Below, one piece after another: positions 36,816-49,770 of a DNA stretch of 64,000 nucleotides. The translations under genes and the position numbers were made by a program. Below the pieces are notes generated by a model that was not told the DNA's origin, did not search any database, and saw only the letters and a list, made by a program, of their open reading frames with translations. The stretch lies in NCBI RefSeq assembly GCF_030144855.1, contig NC_082707.1, positions 81,716,001 through 81,780,000 on the forward strand, given 5' to 3'. Numbering within the stretch: the stretch's first letter is position 1; each line of letters begins with the position of its first letter. This DNA comes from Hypanus sabinus. Taxonomy: Eukaryota.

Positions 36816-37257
36816 CCCTTTCTTCCTTTCCTCCACCATCAATGCTGCCCTCATCCATATTTCTTCCATTGTAAGCAAATCTGCCCTCACCCCATCCTCC
36901 CACTGCCCCACCAGAGGTAGGGTTCCTCTTGTCCTCACCTACCACCCCATTATCCTCCACATCAAGAACATAATTTACCATAGCCTCTACCGTCTCCAAA
37001 GGGATCCTACCACAAAGCACATTTTCCCTTCCCGCCCCCCCCACTTCCCACTTTCTGCAGGGATTGCTCCTTATGTGACCTCCATGTCCCCTCATCCCTC
37101 ACCCTTGACCCTCCTGATACCTATCCTTACAAACAGAACAAGTGTCACACCTACCCCTACAACTCCTCCCTCACTACCATTCAGGACCCCAAACAGTCCT
37201 TCCAGGTGACGTGACACTTCAGGTCTATGGGGATCATCTGCTGTATCCGGTGCTCCT

Positions 37258-38235
37258 AGACCATAAGATATAGGAGCAAAATTAGTCCATACAGCCCATT
37301 GAATCTGCTCCACCATTCCATCTGGGCTAATCCTGGATCCCACTCAACCCCATACACCTGCCTTCTCACCATATCCTTTGATGCCCCAACTGATCAGGAA
37401 ATGATCAACATCCACCTTAAAATACCCACGTACATGGCCTCCACCACAGTCTGCAGAAGAGCATTCCACAGATCCACCACTCTCTGGCTAAAATAATTGC
37501 TCCTTACCTCTGTTTGAAAAGGTTGCCCCTCAATTTTGAGGCTGTGCTCTTGAGTTCTGGATACCTGCACCACAGGAAACATCCTCTCCACATCCACCTT
37601 ATCGTCCTTTCAACATCCAGTAGGTTTCAATGAGGTCCCTACACATTCTTCTCAATTCCAGTGATTACAAGCCCAAAGTTGCCAAACATTCCTCATGTGT
37701 TAACCCATTCATTCCCGGAATCATCCTTGTGAACCCCCTCTGGACTCTCTCCAATGACAACACATCCTTTCTGAGATATGGAGCTCAAAACTGTTAACAT
37801 TACCTTTAGTGTGGCCTGACTAGTGTCTTATAAAGGTTCAGCATTATCTCCTTGTTTTTATATTCTATTTCCCTTGAAATAAATGCCAATATGGGAGTCT
37901 TGCACGAGGACTCCCATGTCTCTCTGCAACTCTGATGTTTGAACCTTCTCCCCATTTAGATAATAGTTCACACTATTGTTAATTTTATCTGAATGCATTG
38001 TCATACATTTCCCAACACTGTATTCCATCTGCCACTTTTTTTGCCCATTCTTCCAATTTGTCTAAGTCCTGCTGCAATCACATTGCTTCCTCAGCACTAC
38101 CTACCCCTCCACCTATCTTCGTATCATCTGCAAACTTTGCATCAAAGCCATCAATTCCATTATCTAAATTATTGACAAACATTGCGAAAAGCAGCAGTCC
38201 CAGTACTGACCCCTGAGGAACACCCCTAGTCACTA
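37258..38235 (-). mobile_element. CR1 3' fragment (~1 kb)
   Basis: ORF 37394-37597 (YFSQRVVDLWNAL); minus-strand GVPQGSVLG at ~38200-38230. Confidence 0.85.
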
Positions 38236-38447
38236 GTCTCCTGATGCAGTTTCCTGTATATCGGTGGGACGCGACAGAGATTGGGAGACAGCTTCACTGA
38301 GAATTTACTGTCTGCCAGAAGAAGCAAAATCTGCTGGTGGCCACCCATTTTCATTCTACTTCCCATTCCTATTCTGACATGGCAGTCCATGGCCTCCTCT
38401 ACTACTACCACGATGAACCCACACTTGGGTTGGAGGAGCAACAGCTT

Positions 38448-39393
38448 CAAGTCAAGTCAAATCAAGTCAAGTCAATTTTTATTGTCATTTTGACCATAAT
38501 TGCTAGTACAGTACCCAGTAAAAACGAGACATTTTTCAGGACCATAGTGCAACATGAAACCATACAAAAACTACACTGGACTACGTAAAAACAACACAGA
38601 AAAAAACTACACTAGAATACAGGCCTACCCAGGACTGCATAAAATGCACAAGACAGTGCAGGCATTATAATAAATAATAAACAGGACAGTAGGCACAGTA
38701 GAGGGCAGTAAGTTGGTGTCAGTCCAGACTCTGGGTATTGAGGAGTCTGATGGCTTGGGGGAAGAAACTGTTACATAGTCTGGTCATGAGAAACCGAATG
38801 CTTCAGTGCCTTTTCCCAGAAGGTAGGAGGGAGAAGAGGTTGTATGAGGGGTGCGTGTGGTCCTTCATAATGCTGTTCACTTTGTGGATGCAGAGTGTAG
38901 TGTAAGTGTCTGTAATAGCAGGAAGAGAGACCCCGATGATCTTCTTAGCTGACCTCACTATCCGCTGCAAGGTCTTGCGATCCGAGATGGTGCAATTTCT
39001 GAACCAGGCAGTGATGCAGCTGCTCAGGATGCTCTCAATACAACCTCTGGAGAATGTGATGAGAATGGGTGGGTGGAAGATGGACATTCCTCAGCCTTCG
39101 GAGAAAGTAGAGATGTCACTGGGCTTTCTTTGATATGGAGCTGGTGTTGAGGGTCCAGGTGAGATTTTCCGCCAGGTGAACACCAAGAAATTTGATGCCC
39201 TTAACGATCTCTACCGAGGAGCCATCGATGTTCAGCAGGGAGTGGTCGCTCTGTGCCCTCCTGAAGTCAACAACCATCTCTTTTGTTTTGTTCACATTCA
39301 GAGACAGGTTGTTGGCTCTGCACCAGTCCATTAGCTGGTGCACCTCCTCTCTGTAAGCTGACTCATTGTCCTTGCTGATGAGACCTACAACAG
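38448..39393 (-). mobile_element. Rex1/Babar-like LINE 3' fragment
   Basis: WCRANNLSLNVNKTKEMVVDFRR...KFLGVHLAENLTW; IESILSSCITAW; (TTGAC)n tail; TSD aacagctt (38440-38447, 39394-39401). Confidence 0.88.
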
Positions 39394-40989
39394 AACAGCT
39401 TATGTTCTGTCTGGGTAGACTCGTGCCTGATGGCATGAAAATTGATTTCTCAAACTTCCAATAATTGGCCCCCATCATCGTTCCCCATTCCTGTTTCTCT
39501 CTCTCTCTCACCTTATCTCCTTACCTGCCCATCACCTCCCTCTGGTGCTCCTCCCCCTTCCCTTTCTTCCATGGTCTCCTATCAGATTCCCCCTCCTCCA
39601 GCTCTTTATCTCTTTCACCAATCAACTTCCCAGTTCTCTTTCTTCACCCCTTCTCCTGTTTTCGTCCATCACCTATCACCTTGTACTTCTTCCTTTCCTC
39701 TCCCAACCCTCTTACACTGACTCCTCCCCTTCCTTTTCTAGTCATGAATAGGATCTCAGCCCAGAACATCAACTATTTACTCTTTTCCATAGATGCTGCC
39801 TGACCTGCTGAGTTCCTCCAGCATTTTGTGTGTGTTGCTTTGGATCTCCAGCGTCTACAGAATTTCTCATGTTTGTCATTAACAGGATGGGTCTTGTTCC
39901 ACTAAAGTCCTTGCAGGTGAGGCTTATGAAATGAGTGATACCTCTTGACAAATTATTCTAAATTGAATGAACCAGTTATTTTTATCTTCATTCACAGGAC
40001 TTGTTCCTGATGTGATTAAGATATAAATTCAGTGCTCAATATTTAAATCAAAATCTTAAACCAACACCAGAAGTATAATTTAAGACTGTGTACCTTTCTT
40101 AATTGATCAGATACTTGATATTCTCAATGTTTTTAGTAAGTCATTTCCCAATAGGCAATGCAGCTTTTAAAGATATAATTGTGAACAAAATGAGCTTTGA
40201 AGCACTCTTCTCTTCATCACACAATGGTAATTATTGTTCTGTGATATAAAAAAATATGAATAAATGTGCACTGCAGTAAAAGTAACCACAAAGGGTTAGT
40301 CTAGCTGTGTAGAGGAGACTCCATTTCTGATTTTTTTTCTCAATTACATTATAATGTATAGGCCCAGAAGTACTTGGACTTTAATTCAGTTGAAATTCAA
40401 TACAAAAGCAGAATACAACCAGTTGTCTCATTTTGATTAAAACCTTCCTCCTGGAAAGATCGGAGTTTTGTCAGCTAATTTCCTCAAACCCAAGTGATAA
40501 CCCTTTTAATGTTTGGCCTACTGCTTGAATTTCCATTTTCTCAAGTGAACTGAAGCAGCTGTTACAGTATATATTGATGAACAATAAATATTAATATCTT
40601 TAAAGCAGAAGGAAAAGACATTCAATGATTTAATTTAACTTAACAAATTGAACAATAAGTGTACATTCAGAACATTTTAATGACTTAATGGATAGTTCTT
40701 TAATAATGGCTAGCATTTTTGCTGAGTATAATGAGTGTGTTGCTGTCCACCTGGCCAGCTTACCTTTTGTTATTTTTGGAGACAGTGCTTAACTACTTTT
40801 ATATATACTCTGTAAAGATATTTTTTTTAATTATATTTCAGATCTACTTCAGGTCTTGATAATACTGCTTTCTATTTTGATCAATTTATAAACTGTCCAT
40901 TTATATTAAGTGGTGACTGACACAGACTACTTTAAGTAATTACACCATAACTAGTTGATTAAAGTTCATATTCATGACAGTTGAGTCAA

Positions 40990-41770
40990 GAGAAAAACAC
41001 CAAAACTGCTGGTGGATCCCAGCAGGTCAGGCAGCATCTATCATTTTGGACCAAGACCCTTCATCTGGAGGAAACCAGAATAAGAAGGAGGTGTGAGGGG
41101 AAGAAGGACAAGCTGGAAGGGGGAAGGTAGGTGGGTGGGAGAGTGGGAATCTGAGAAGCAAAAAGTGGAAAAGGTAAAGGGCTGCAGAAGAAGGAATCTG
41201 ATGGGAGAGGAGAGTGGACTGTGGGAGAAAGAGAAGGAGGACTGGCACCAGAAAGAGGTGATAGCTGGGAAGGAGAAGAGAAAATGTAAGAGGGGAGCCA
41301 GAATTTAGAATGGAAAAGGAGAGAAGGAGTTGGGGGAAAGTACCAGAAGTTGGAGAAATTGATGTTCACATCATCAAACTACCCTGACAGAACATGAGAT
41401 GTTGCTCCTCCAACCTGAAAGTTGCCTCCTTGTGGCAGTAGAGGAGGCCATGGACTAACATGTCAGAATATGAAAGGGGAGTGAAATTAATATTTTGTCC
41501 TCCAGGAAATCCTCTCTGATATGGATGAAGCCAGGGTCCCCCAATCTATATTGGGTCTTATTGATGTAGAGGAGGTGGCACCAGGGAAACTCAGTACATT
41601 AGATGACCCCAACAGACTTGAAATGCTGCCTCACCTGAAGAACTGTTTGAATCATGAATGGCGATGAGAGAGGAGGTGAATAGCAGGTGTAGCTTGTTCC
41701 ACTTGCAGGAGTGAGAGCCAGGAAGGAGATCAGTGGGGAGGAATAACTGACAAGGGAAGCAGAGAGGGTG
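40990..41770 (-). mobile_element. Penelope-like 3' fragment with decayed hammerhead core
   Basis: Homologous to 38236-39875; minus-strand ccagatgaagggtcttggtccaaaat. Confidence 0.75.
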
Positions 41771-42273
41771 TGAGCCTGATGACTTTTCTCACTAATATTT
41801 GAGTAAAGGGCATTACCCTAGTGAACAATATATCACTTGATTTATATATTTGATGTGACAGTAATGTTTTGTATATTTTTCTTTGGAAGCAGTCATTCTG
41901 AAAGAGAAAAATAAGTAAATAAACTTCTGAAAATGGCAGTCAAATTATTTGTAAGTTTGGCTTTATTCTATTCGATTCAAATGCTGACCTTCAATCTTTC
42001 TCTTTTAATGTCAATAGGTCTTCTTATTAGCTTGTCACAACAACTAATTGCAAGGTACTTACAATCTGTCACATTATTGCAGGAGATGGCTGTTTATTTT
42101 TGTGCAGTCTGAATAATAGACACAGCAGGACTTGAAGAACTCATGCATCAGCAGATACTGTGAACCATCTGCTCAGAATATTCAATATCTTCAGAACAGA
42201 TAACTTAGAACCTATTCATAGCCTTGGGTCATCAGCTGTAACACAACTATAAACTGCTTCTTAAGTTCTGCTT

Positions 42274-43310
42274 TGAAGTTCAAAGTAAATTTATTATCAA
42301 AGCACATATATGTCACCATATACTACCCTAAGATCTATTTTCTTGTGGGCATACACAGTAAATCTAAGAAACACAATAGAATAAGAAAAGACCGCACCCA
42401 ACAGGATGAACAAACAACAAAACCAATTTGCAAAAGACAACAAATTGTGCAAATATAAAATAAAATATAATAATAAGAAGAACATTTTAAGCAATAAATA
42501 TCAAGAAAATGAGATGAGGAGTCCTTCAAAGTGAGTTCATAGTTTGTCCAAACAGTTCAGTGATGGGGAGAATGAAGTTATCTACTCCAGTTCAAGAGCA
42601 TGATGTTTGAGGGGTAATAACTTCTCCAGAACCTTGTGGTATGGCTCCTGAAGCTCCTGTAGCTTCTTCCTGATGGCAGCAGTGAGTCCTAGCAGTGAAC
42701 AGACTAAGGATTGGATGTGAGGAATTCAAGCAACCAATTGCACAAGGAGGTATTGAAGCCAAACCCTTGAAAGTAATTGATTAATTTTGTGAGGATGTTA
42801 GTATTGAACGGCAAGTGTAGTCAATGAAGAACATCCTAGTGTACAAATCTTTGCTGTCCATATGTTCCACAGTAGAGTGAAGAGCAAATGAAATGGAATC
42901 TGCAGTGGACCCTTTGTAATTGTAAGCACATTGGAGCAGATCCAAGTAGCTTCTCATGAAGGAGTAGATATGTTACATCGCCAACCTCGTGAAGCATTCC
43001 ATCACAGTGGATTTAAGTGCTACTGGATGATAATCATTGAGGCAGGTTACCACATTCCTTTAAGGCACCAGTATAATTGAAACCTGCTTGAAGCAGGTGG
43101 CTACCTCAGACTGCCGAGGTGAGGGGTTAAAGATATCGGTGACCTGTTGATCAAAACAGGTCTTTTGTACTTGGCCAGGTAACTTATCTGGGTCAGATGC
43201 TTTCCTTGGGTTCACCCTCCTGAAGGATGCTCTCAGATCAGCCACAGAGACAGAAATCACAGGGTTATTAGGTGCTGTAAAAGTTTCACCGTGTTTTGAT
43301 AGACAAAACT
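42274..43310 (-). mobile_element. Rex1/Babar-like LINE fragments (tail + RT)
   Basis: Tail aagttcaaagtaaatttattatc; ORF 43060-43332 (FRRVNPRKASDPD..PGQVQKTC..DIFN..CFKQVSIILVP). Confidence 0.75.
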
Positions 43311-44537
43311 TCTTCTTGCTCAAAGGTGGCATCAGGATTGAATGCTATCGCACTAAGGACTGTCTTTAGTTCTGTCCCACTAAAGAACTGGCTGTCTTTA
43401 CTTCTAGGTGGTTTCTCACAGGGCACTACAGGAGGAATGTTGGATAGTTAATGATGTAAATTAATACCCAGCGGGCAAGCTGAGAGTGTCAGATCAAATT
43501 TACAGAATGATCAAAATAGCCCAGGAACAGCCATTGTTATATCTCACTCAGTGTGCAACCATTTTCAATTGTCTAATGCTAAAATAGTGTAAAGCATCCT
43601 AATTTCTATACATGCATTGTGACTTTATATTCATGAGCTCAAACTAATTTAAAGTGATTGTAAAGATACATATATGGCCTTCCTCAAAGCTGTGTGTAAC
43701 GTAGGTCGTGTCCTTAGATCTTCACATGCATTTGATCTTTTCCCTGTAGTAGCTGACCATTTTTTGATGTGTAATGTAAAACTGCAATTGGCAAAAATGG
43801 GTCCTTAAAAATTTCCACAATGATTTCCACAAAATTTCCCATCCAATCAATGGTTAAGAACAACAATGCAAAGTCAATATCTGGATCGTGCAACTATCTC
43901 CTGTATTTGTGCAAATCCCATCTACTCGTATGGTATTAGTAGAGCAACGATGATATCCGTGAACCTCGGTCCTCAAGTTCTAATATGCCTGGAAGGTGAG
44001 CTGGATGGCTGTTACAACAGCAGGCTAATAACTATTTTGATTGGGTCTGTCATTGCTAACTTCAGTAGTGTTTTGGGAGTTTGCATATATTCCAGTAGGA
44101 TCACGGGCTGCCTATAAATTAAACAAGGGACCAGGGAGCGGTCTTGTGGCCATAGATCCAATTTTGACATCGTAAGACAGTATTAGTTCAAGGATTATAT
44201 CAATAGCATGGGAGGGCAGTCAGAGATTAGAGAGCAGAGACCTCATTGGGAGCAATATTAGATTGAAGGGTAACAGGTAGACCAGTGGATTTCGTGAGTG
44301 ATGTGGTCTAAATTGTCTGGTCAGAAGTATTAGATCAGGAGGATATAACGTGATCTGTGCTTCAGGAGTTCGGAAGGTTGCAGCCAGAAGTGACTAAGCG
44401 CTGGGTACAGCTTAGTTGATGGTAAGGGATAAAGATTAAAGTTGTATGATAGTTGATGAGATGTGGCTGTACTCTGAAGGACTGGCAGTCCCAGGGCATC
44501 CAATAATGATTACTTCTATTTGATATGGTTTCATTTT

Positions 44538-44810
44538 AGACCATAAAACATAGGAGCAGAATTAGGCCATCTGGCCCATTGAGTCTGGTCTGCCTTTCAG
44601 TCATGGCTGATCCATTCTTTTTCTCCTCCTCAACCCCAGTCCTCGACCTTCTCCCAGTAACCTTTGATGCCATGTCCAATCAAAAACCTATCAATCTCTG
44701 CCTTAAGTACAACCAACGATCTGGCCTCCACAGATGTAGGTGGCAACAAATTCCACAAATTCACCACCCTCTGGCTAAAAAAAAAATTCTCTGCATCTCT
44801 GTTTGGAAAA
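44538..44810 (-). mobile_element. CR1 3' fragment
   Basis: accataaaacataggagcagaattaggccatctggcccattgag...catggctgatcc. Confidence 0.75.
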
Positions 44811-46671
44811 CAGGATCTGTGGAGATTTTAAGGTCACTATCAACCTAGTACTGAAAGAAGATCAGTACTCTCTGCCCATGATGGAGGACATTTTTTCAGG
44901 ATCCTGATCAAACTTTTTTTTTCAAACTTTTCTGGAAGAAAACACTTCTGCAAAGTGGACAGCTGAGGCCTACTTACAGATAGAGAAGGCAGAATAATCC
45001 AAAGTATTTTTCACCCTAAACACTCACAAAGGGCTTTGTCACTATAATAGGCATGTGTTTCAGTAGCACCTGCAGCTGCACTCTGGCAAACATCTATAGA
45101 CCAGGTGCTGCAAGGCCCTGGCACTCAGTGTAATATGGATGATATCATCATTACTGATAAGGATGAGAAGGAACATTTCCAAAATCTCAAGGCAGTGTTA
45201 AAAAGATTAAGATTATGAACACAGAGCATTATGCAATAGATGTGAATTCTTGAAACCAAGCATCACTTACTGTGATCACACCATCGATGCACAAGATCTA
45301 CACAAGTGCACTGAGAAAATTCAAGCAGTGTTGGATGCTCCAAGGCCAAAGGATGTATTACAGTTGCAGTTCTCCTCAGTATTTGTCTATTGCTATAACA
45401 GGATCCTGCCAAACCTGGCTACTGTGCTCCACCCTTTGAACTCCTTATTATAGATCAGGAATAAATGGCAAAGGACAAAACAATGGGAGGTGACATTCCA
45501 AATGACACTGGAAACTGTGACATCAGACACTCTATTCATACATTATCATCTACATCGTCCAGATGCCTCACCTTATGGTCATGTCACATGTTATGAGTGA
45601 TGGAAATGATTTGCCCTTAGCCTTTATATCATGTTTACCACTGCAGAGGATGATTATGCACAGTTTAACAAAAAGGCCCTGAGTCTGGTTTTGTGTGTCA
45701 AGTGATTCAACCAGTACATGTATGGGAGAGAGTTTACTCTCTATAATGATCATCAACCAGTAGTGTCCATTTTCATTCCAAAGAAGGGTGTTGCACTATC
45801 ATTATTCACAGCACGAATGTAGAGATGGGCTTTGTTTCTTGGAGGATAGAATTACAAGACTGAATTCAAGATGATGACCAATCATGGAAATTCTGATGGA
45901 TTTTTCCCCTTTACCCTCAGACAAGTAAACAGCTAAAATGTTTACAAACGAGGACCCTCCTCTTGATATTATCTCCCTAATGCAAATCAAATGGCAGAGA
46001 TGGGCGAAAGAGAAAGCAGAAAAGAGCCCATATTGTCTCGGGTCTACATGGCAACCCAAAATGGCTGTAATGTACGGCGAAAACTCCAGTTCCCCCAGTT
46101 CTATCAGGGCCATGATGAATTTGCCCTTGACAGGGGTTGCCTTACGTGGGGATTGAGAGTTGTTGTACCACTCAAGCTGAGGGCTACAGTGTTGAAGGAG
46201 CTATTGTACATGTTGGTCATCATGACATAGTCAAACTGAAAGCATTGGCTTGAAACTTTGTCTGGTGTTCTGGAATAGATTAGCAGATCAAACTGATTGC
46301 CATGAGCTGCCTGGGATGCCAACATGTCCAGAAGATGACAAGAGCAGCACTTCTTCATCCATGGGAATGGCCTGCATTTCTCCAGCAGAGAAATAATTTT
46401 ACCAGACTATTCATAAACTTAAATTTTTTGGTAGTAGTGGAGGCAGCAATAGAGAGGTAAGAAATGGTCTCAATTGCCTCCACTACAGCCTCACACACTC
46501 TTGATATATTGAGAAGCCTCTTCTCAAGAATTGGTGTTCCAGAACACTTAGTCAGTGATAATGGACCACAGTTTGTTGCAGAACAGTTTCAGTCATGGCT
46601 AAAAATGAATGGAGTAAGAGATATTATATCTATACCATACTCCCCAACTACAGATGACTTTGATGAAAGAT

Positions 46672-47800
46672 TTCTCATTCAGGAAGTAATGAGGCATGGG
46701 ATCCAAGAAGACCTTGCTTTGTGGATCTAGAACTGGCTGTCCCCCAAAAGGCAAAGGGTGGTTGTAGATGGTTCATATTCTGCATGGAGGACAGTGACCA
46801 GTGGTGTTCCACAGGCAGCTGTTCTGGGATTCTTCGTCTTTGTGATTTTTATAAATGACCTGGATGAGGAAGTTGAAGGGTGGGTTAGTAAGTTTGCTGA
46901 TGACATAAAGGTTGGGGGTGTTGTGGATAGTCTGGATGGTTGTCGAGGGTTACAGCATGACATTGATAGGATGCAGAGCTAGGCTGAGAAGTGGCAGATG
47001 GAGTTCAACCCAAATAAGTGTGAAGTGGTGCATTTCGGTAGGTCAAATTTGAAGACAGAACATAATATTAATGTTAAGACTCTTGGCAGTGTGGAGGATC
47101 AGCGAGATCTTGGGGTCTGTGTCCATAAGACATGCAAAGCTGCTGCACAGGTTGACAGTACTGTTAAGGGTGTACGGTGTGTGGCCTTCAACAACCATAG
47201 GATTAAGTTCAAAAAACATGAGGTAATGTTACAGCTATATAAGACCTTGGTTGGACCCCTCTTGGAGTACTGTGTTCAGTTCTGGTCACCTCACTAAAGG
47301 AAGGATATGGATGCTATAGAGAGAGTGCAGAGGAGATTTACAAGGATGTTGCCTGGATTGGAGAGCATGCCTTATGAGAATAGGTTGAGTGAACTTGGCC
47401 TTTTCTCTTTGGAGTGACAGGATGAGAGGTGAACTGATAGAGGTGTATAAGATGATGAGAGGCACTGATCATGTGGATAGTCAAAGGTTTTTCCCAGGGA
47501 TGATATGGCTAACATGATGGGAGATAATTTTAAGGTGCTTGGAAGAAGGTACAAGGGGGATGCCAGAGATAAGTTTTTCACACAGAGAGTGATGAGTGTG
47601 TGGAATGTACTGCTGATGATGGTGGTAGAGAAGGATACAATCGGGTCTTTTAAGAGACTCTTAGGTGCATGGAACTTAGAAAAAGAGAGGGCTATGCCGT
47701 ATGGAAATTCTAGGCAGCTTCTAGATTAGGTCACATGGTCAGCACAACATTGTAGGCCGAAGGGCCTGTAATGTGTTGTAGATTGCTATGTTCAATGTTT
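46672..47800 (+). mobile_element. CR1 3' fragment inserted in the Gypsy integrase
   Basis: SGVPQAAVLG..FADD; MEFNPNKCEVVHFG; LEYCVQFWSP; tail ctatgttcaatgtt. Confidence 0.92.
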
Positions 47801-48257
47801 TATTAGTGCAGATTCTAAAGAATGCATTACAAGCAATGTCATCAGAACACACTACACTAAAGCTGAATCAGAAAGTCATCTATTTCCTCTTTGCATATCA
47901 CAAAGCAGCACACACCACAACCAACAACTCACTAGCTATGCACCAGTCTGGGAGAGAGTATGCAGGACAAACAGCTGAGACTATTTGAGAGCTCCTTAAA
48001 CAAGGAGGTTTCATGTTTCACTCCTGGACAAGCAGTCCTGATGAGGGACGACAGAAGTGATCAAAGATTAAGACAAAACTGGACCACTCTTACATACGGT
48101 TGGGTTTGCATCTGATGTCATCAGGAGTCAACACATCAATCAGTTGAGAGCAGAGTCACGTGTTAGAGAAGAAAGGTGTCCAGGAACTGAAGAAGAGAAG
48201 TTGAGATACACTCTATGGTATGTTGAATTGCAGTTTGTGTGGCTAAGCCGGGAAGGG

Positions 48258-48493
48258 TGTTTAATATTACAGTAATATTTGTGTAATGTAAATATATTGC
48301 TTGATTAGGCATTCTTTGTTAATTACATAATTTATTACAGGTTATATGTAAAAGTATGTGAATGGCATGTCATCATGTCACCGCACCACATTTGTGAGCC
48401 TCACTAACAGCAAAATGAAACCAAAGGCACATTATCCCTAGCTCCATGTTTTCTTTTGATTTGTTTTGTTTTTTGGAGTTACAAAACTTAACA
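48258..48493 (+). repeat. 3' LTR of the Gypsy element (~236 bp)
   Basis: Preceded by the purine-rich tract aagccgggaaggg; termini TGTT...AACA. Confidence 0.7.
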
Positions 48494-48739
48494 GATGGAG
48501 AATAAGTATAACTAAAGCATGTTGTTTCCTGTGTATGACACAAACATTGAAATGTCATGAGATTTCCAGAACATTGAGTAATGTTTTGAAATGGTCATTA
48601 TTTTATTCTGAGGTATTGGCCTTCTATTGGGAGGAGGGGAAGGGGAATAAGAAGTGCAATGCAACCTAATTTCTAGGCAAATCTCTATGTTCCAGTCATA
48701 CTCATGTGGAATATTTTTCATCTGTATTATTTAATACCA

Positions 48740-49060
48740 TATGGTAGCATAACGGTTAGCATAATGCTAACAATAGCAGCAAATACTGATCAGAGTTCAA
48801 TTCCCACTGCTGTCTGTAAGGAGTTTGTACATTCACCTGGTGACCGTGTGGGTTTCTTCTGGGTACTCTGGTTTCCTCCCACATTCCAAAGATGCACAGT
48901 TAGGGTTGGTAAGAGGTAGGCATGCTATGTTGGCACCGGACATATGGTGACAATTGGGTGCTGCCCAGCACAACCCTCACTGATTTGACGTGATGGACAT
49001 GATGCATTTAACTGTATATTTCAATGCTTCAATGTACATGTGACAAATAATATTTACTCT
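48740..49060 (+). mobile_element. tRNA-derived V-SINE
   Basis: A box tggtagcataacgg; B box gttcaattccc; V core gtctgtaaggagtttgtacattc...gggtttc..ctggtttcctcccacattccaaaga. Confidence 0.8.
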
Positions 49061-49589
49061 TTAATGAAATTTATTTGCCCATTTGCCTTACATATATATA
49101 TAATTTAATATTCCTGTATCATAGTAATATTAAATGCTTATGTTACAATAGTTATCTGGTAGTGCAGGAGAGTAACAACTATAAAATTCATTCTTGGATT
49201 TGTATCACTTTGGCAGCAATTAAGAAAAGCGGAAGACTATTCATGTAGCATATTTCACAAGAGCAGGACATCCCAAGGCATGTTAGAGCCTGATGTAATA
49301 TTAAAAATTCATTAATGAAATTGTAGTTTCATAAGCTGTTTGAAATTAATTTTATTGAAATTTTAACGATATTAAAAAAAAACTTTTAATAATACATATT
49401 GCATATGTTGTCACCAAAACAGTTCATTCACTGATAATTCACTGGAGATAAAACATTTATAAAATACTAATGAAACAAAGAAAAGAATACATTTACAAAT
49501 CAAATTTGCATGCTTCCCAATGTGCTTTAATTGCTTTGCAATGATCATATTGATTGTAAAATAAATATTGACTGAGGTCAACTGTACTA

Positions 49590-49770
49590 CTTACTGTATG
49601 CTCAAAACACTGCCATGGAATTTTTATGTTCTTGCAAGTAAATGACATTACAATTGGGGAGGGTGAGGCTCTCTCAGCACTGCAAAAGGGCATCAGCATG
49701 CATTTTTCTCTTTGACTCTCTGGAGTGGAACCAGACCTAGAATATTACAACTAAAAGAGGTATGACAAGC
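49590..49770 (-). mobile_element. Deu-domain SINE relic
   Basis: ctgccatggaatttttatg...ctctctggagtgg; complementary to the 13390 motif. Confidence 0.45.

Larger units (their letters stand above)
35460..39875 (+). mobile_element. Penelope-like element (RT + GIY-YIG + terminal module) fragmented by four insertions
   Basis: RT motif DVQSLYTSIPHQEGL (ORF 35625-35996), KGV..G, YIED, LKFTWSIS..PFLDVSV (ORF 36178-36528), LYIGGTRQRLGDSF (~38250), decayed hammerhead tail 39738-39875. Confidence 0.9.
44812..48493 (+). mobile_element. Decayed Ty3/Gypsy LTR retrotransposon (RT-RNaseH-IN + PPT + 3' LTR)
   Basis: ICGDFKVTINLVL..DQYSLP; degenerate NMDDIII; DASPYG; integrase LVSDNGPQF and ERF|VQILKNAL across a CR1 insertion; domain order is Gypsy. 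Confidence 0.88.

Noticed and set aside
39738-39778. Additional hammerhead copies (also ~5260-5295, ~41040-41070, ~53415-53452)
   Set aside because: Core nucleotides are mutated (e.g. atgaata, cagatga, catttga), so they are not called as ribozymes.
43385-43455. Acceptor-like site followed by GGFSQG (lysophospholipase-like motif)
   Set aside because: The frame closes within ~14 codons, there is no donor or other homology, and it is probably chance.
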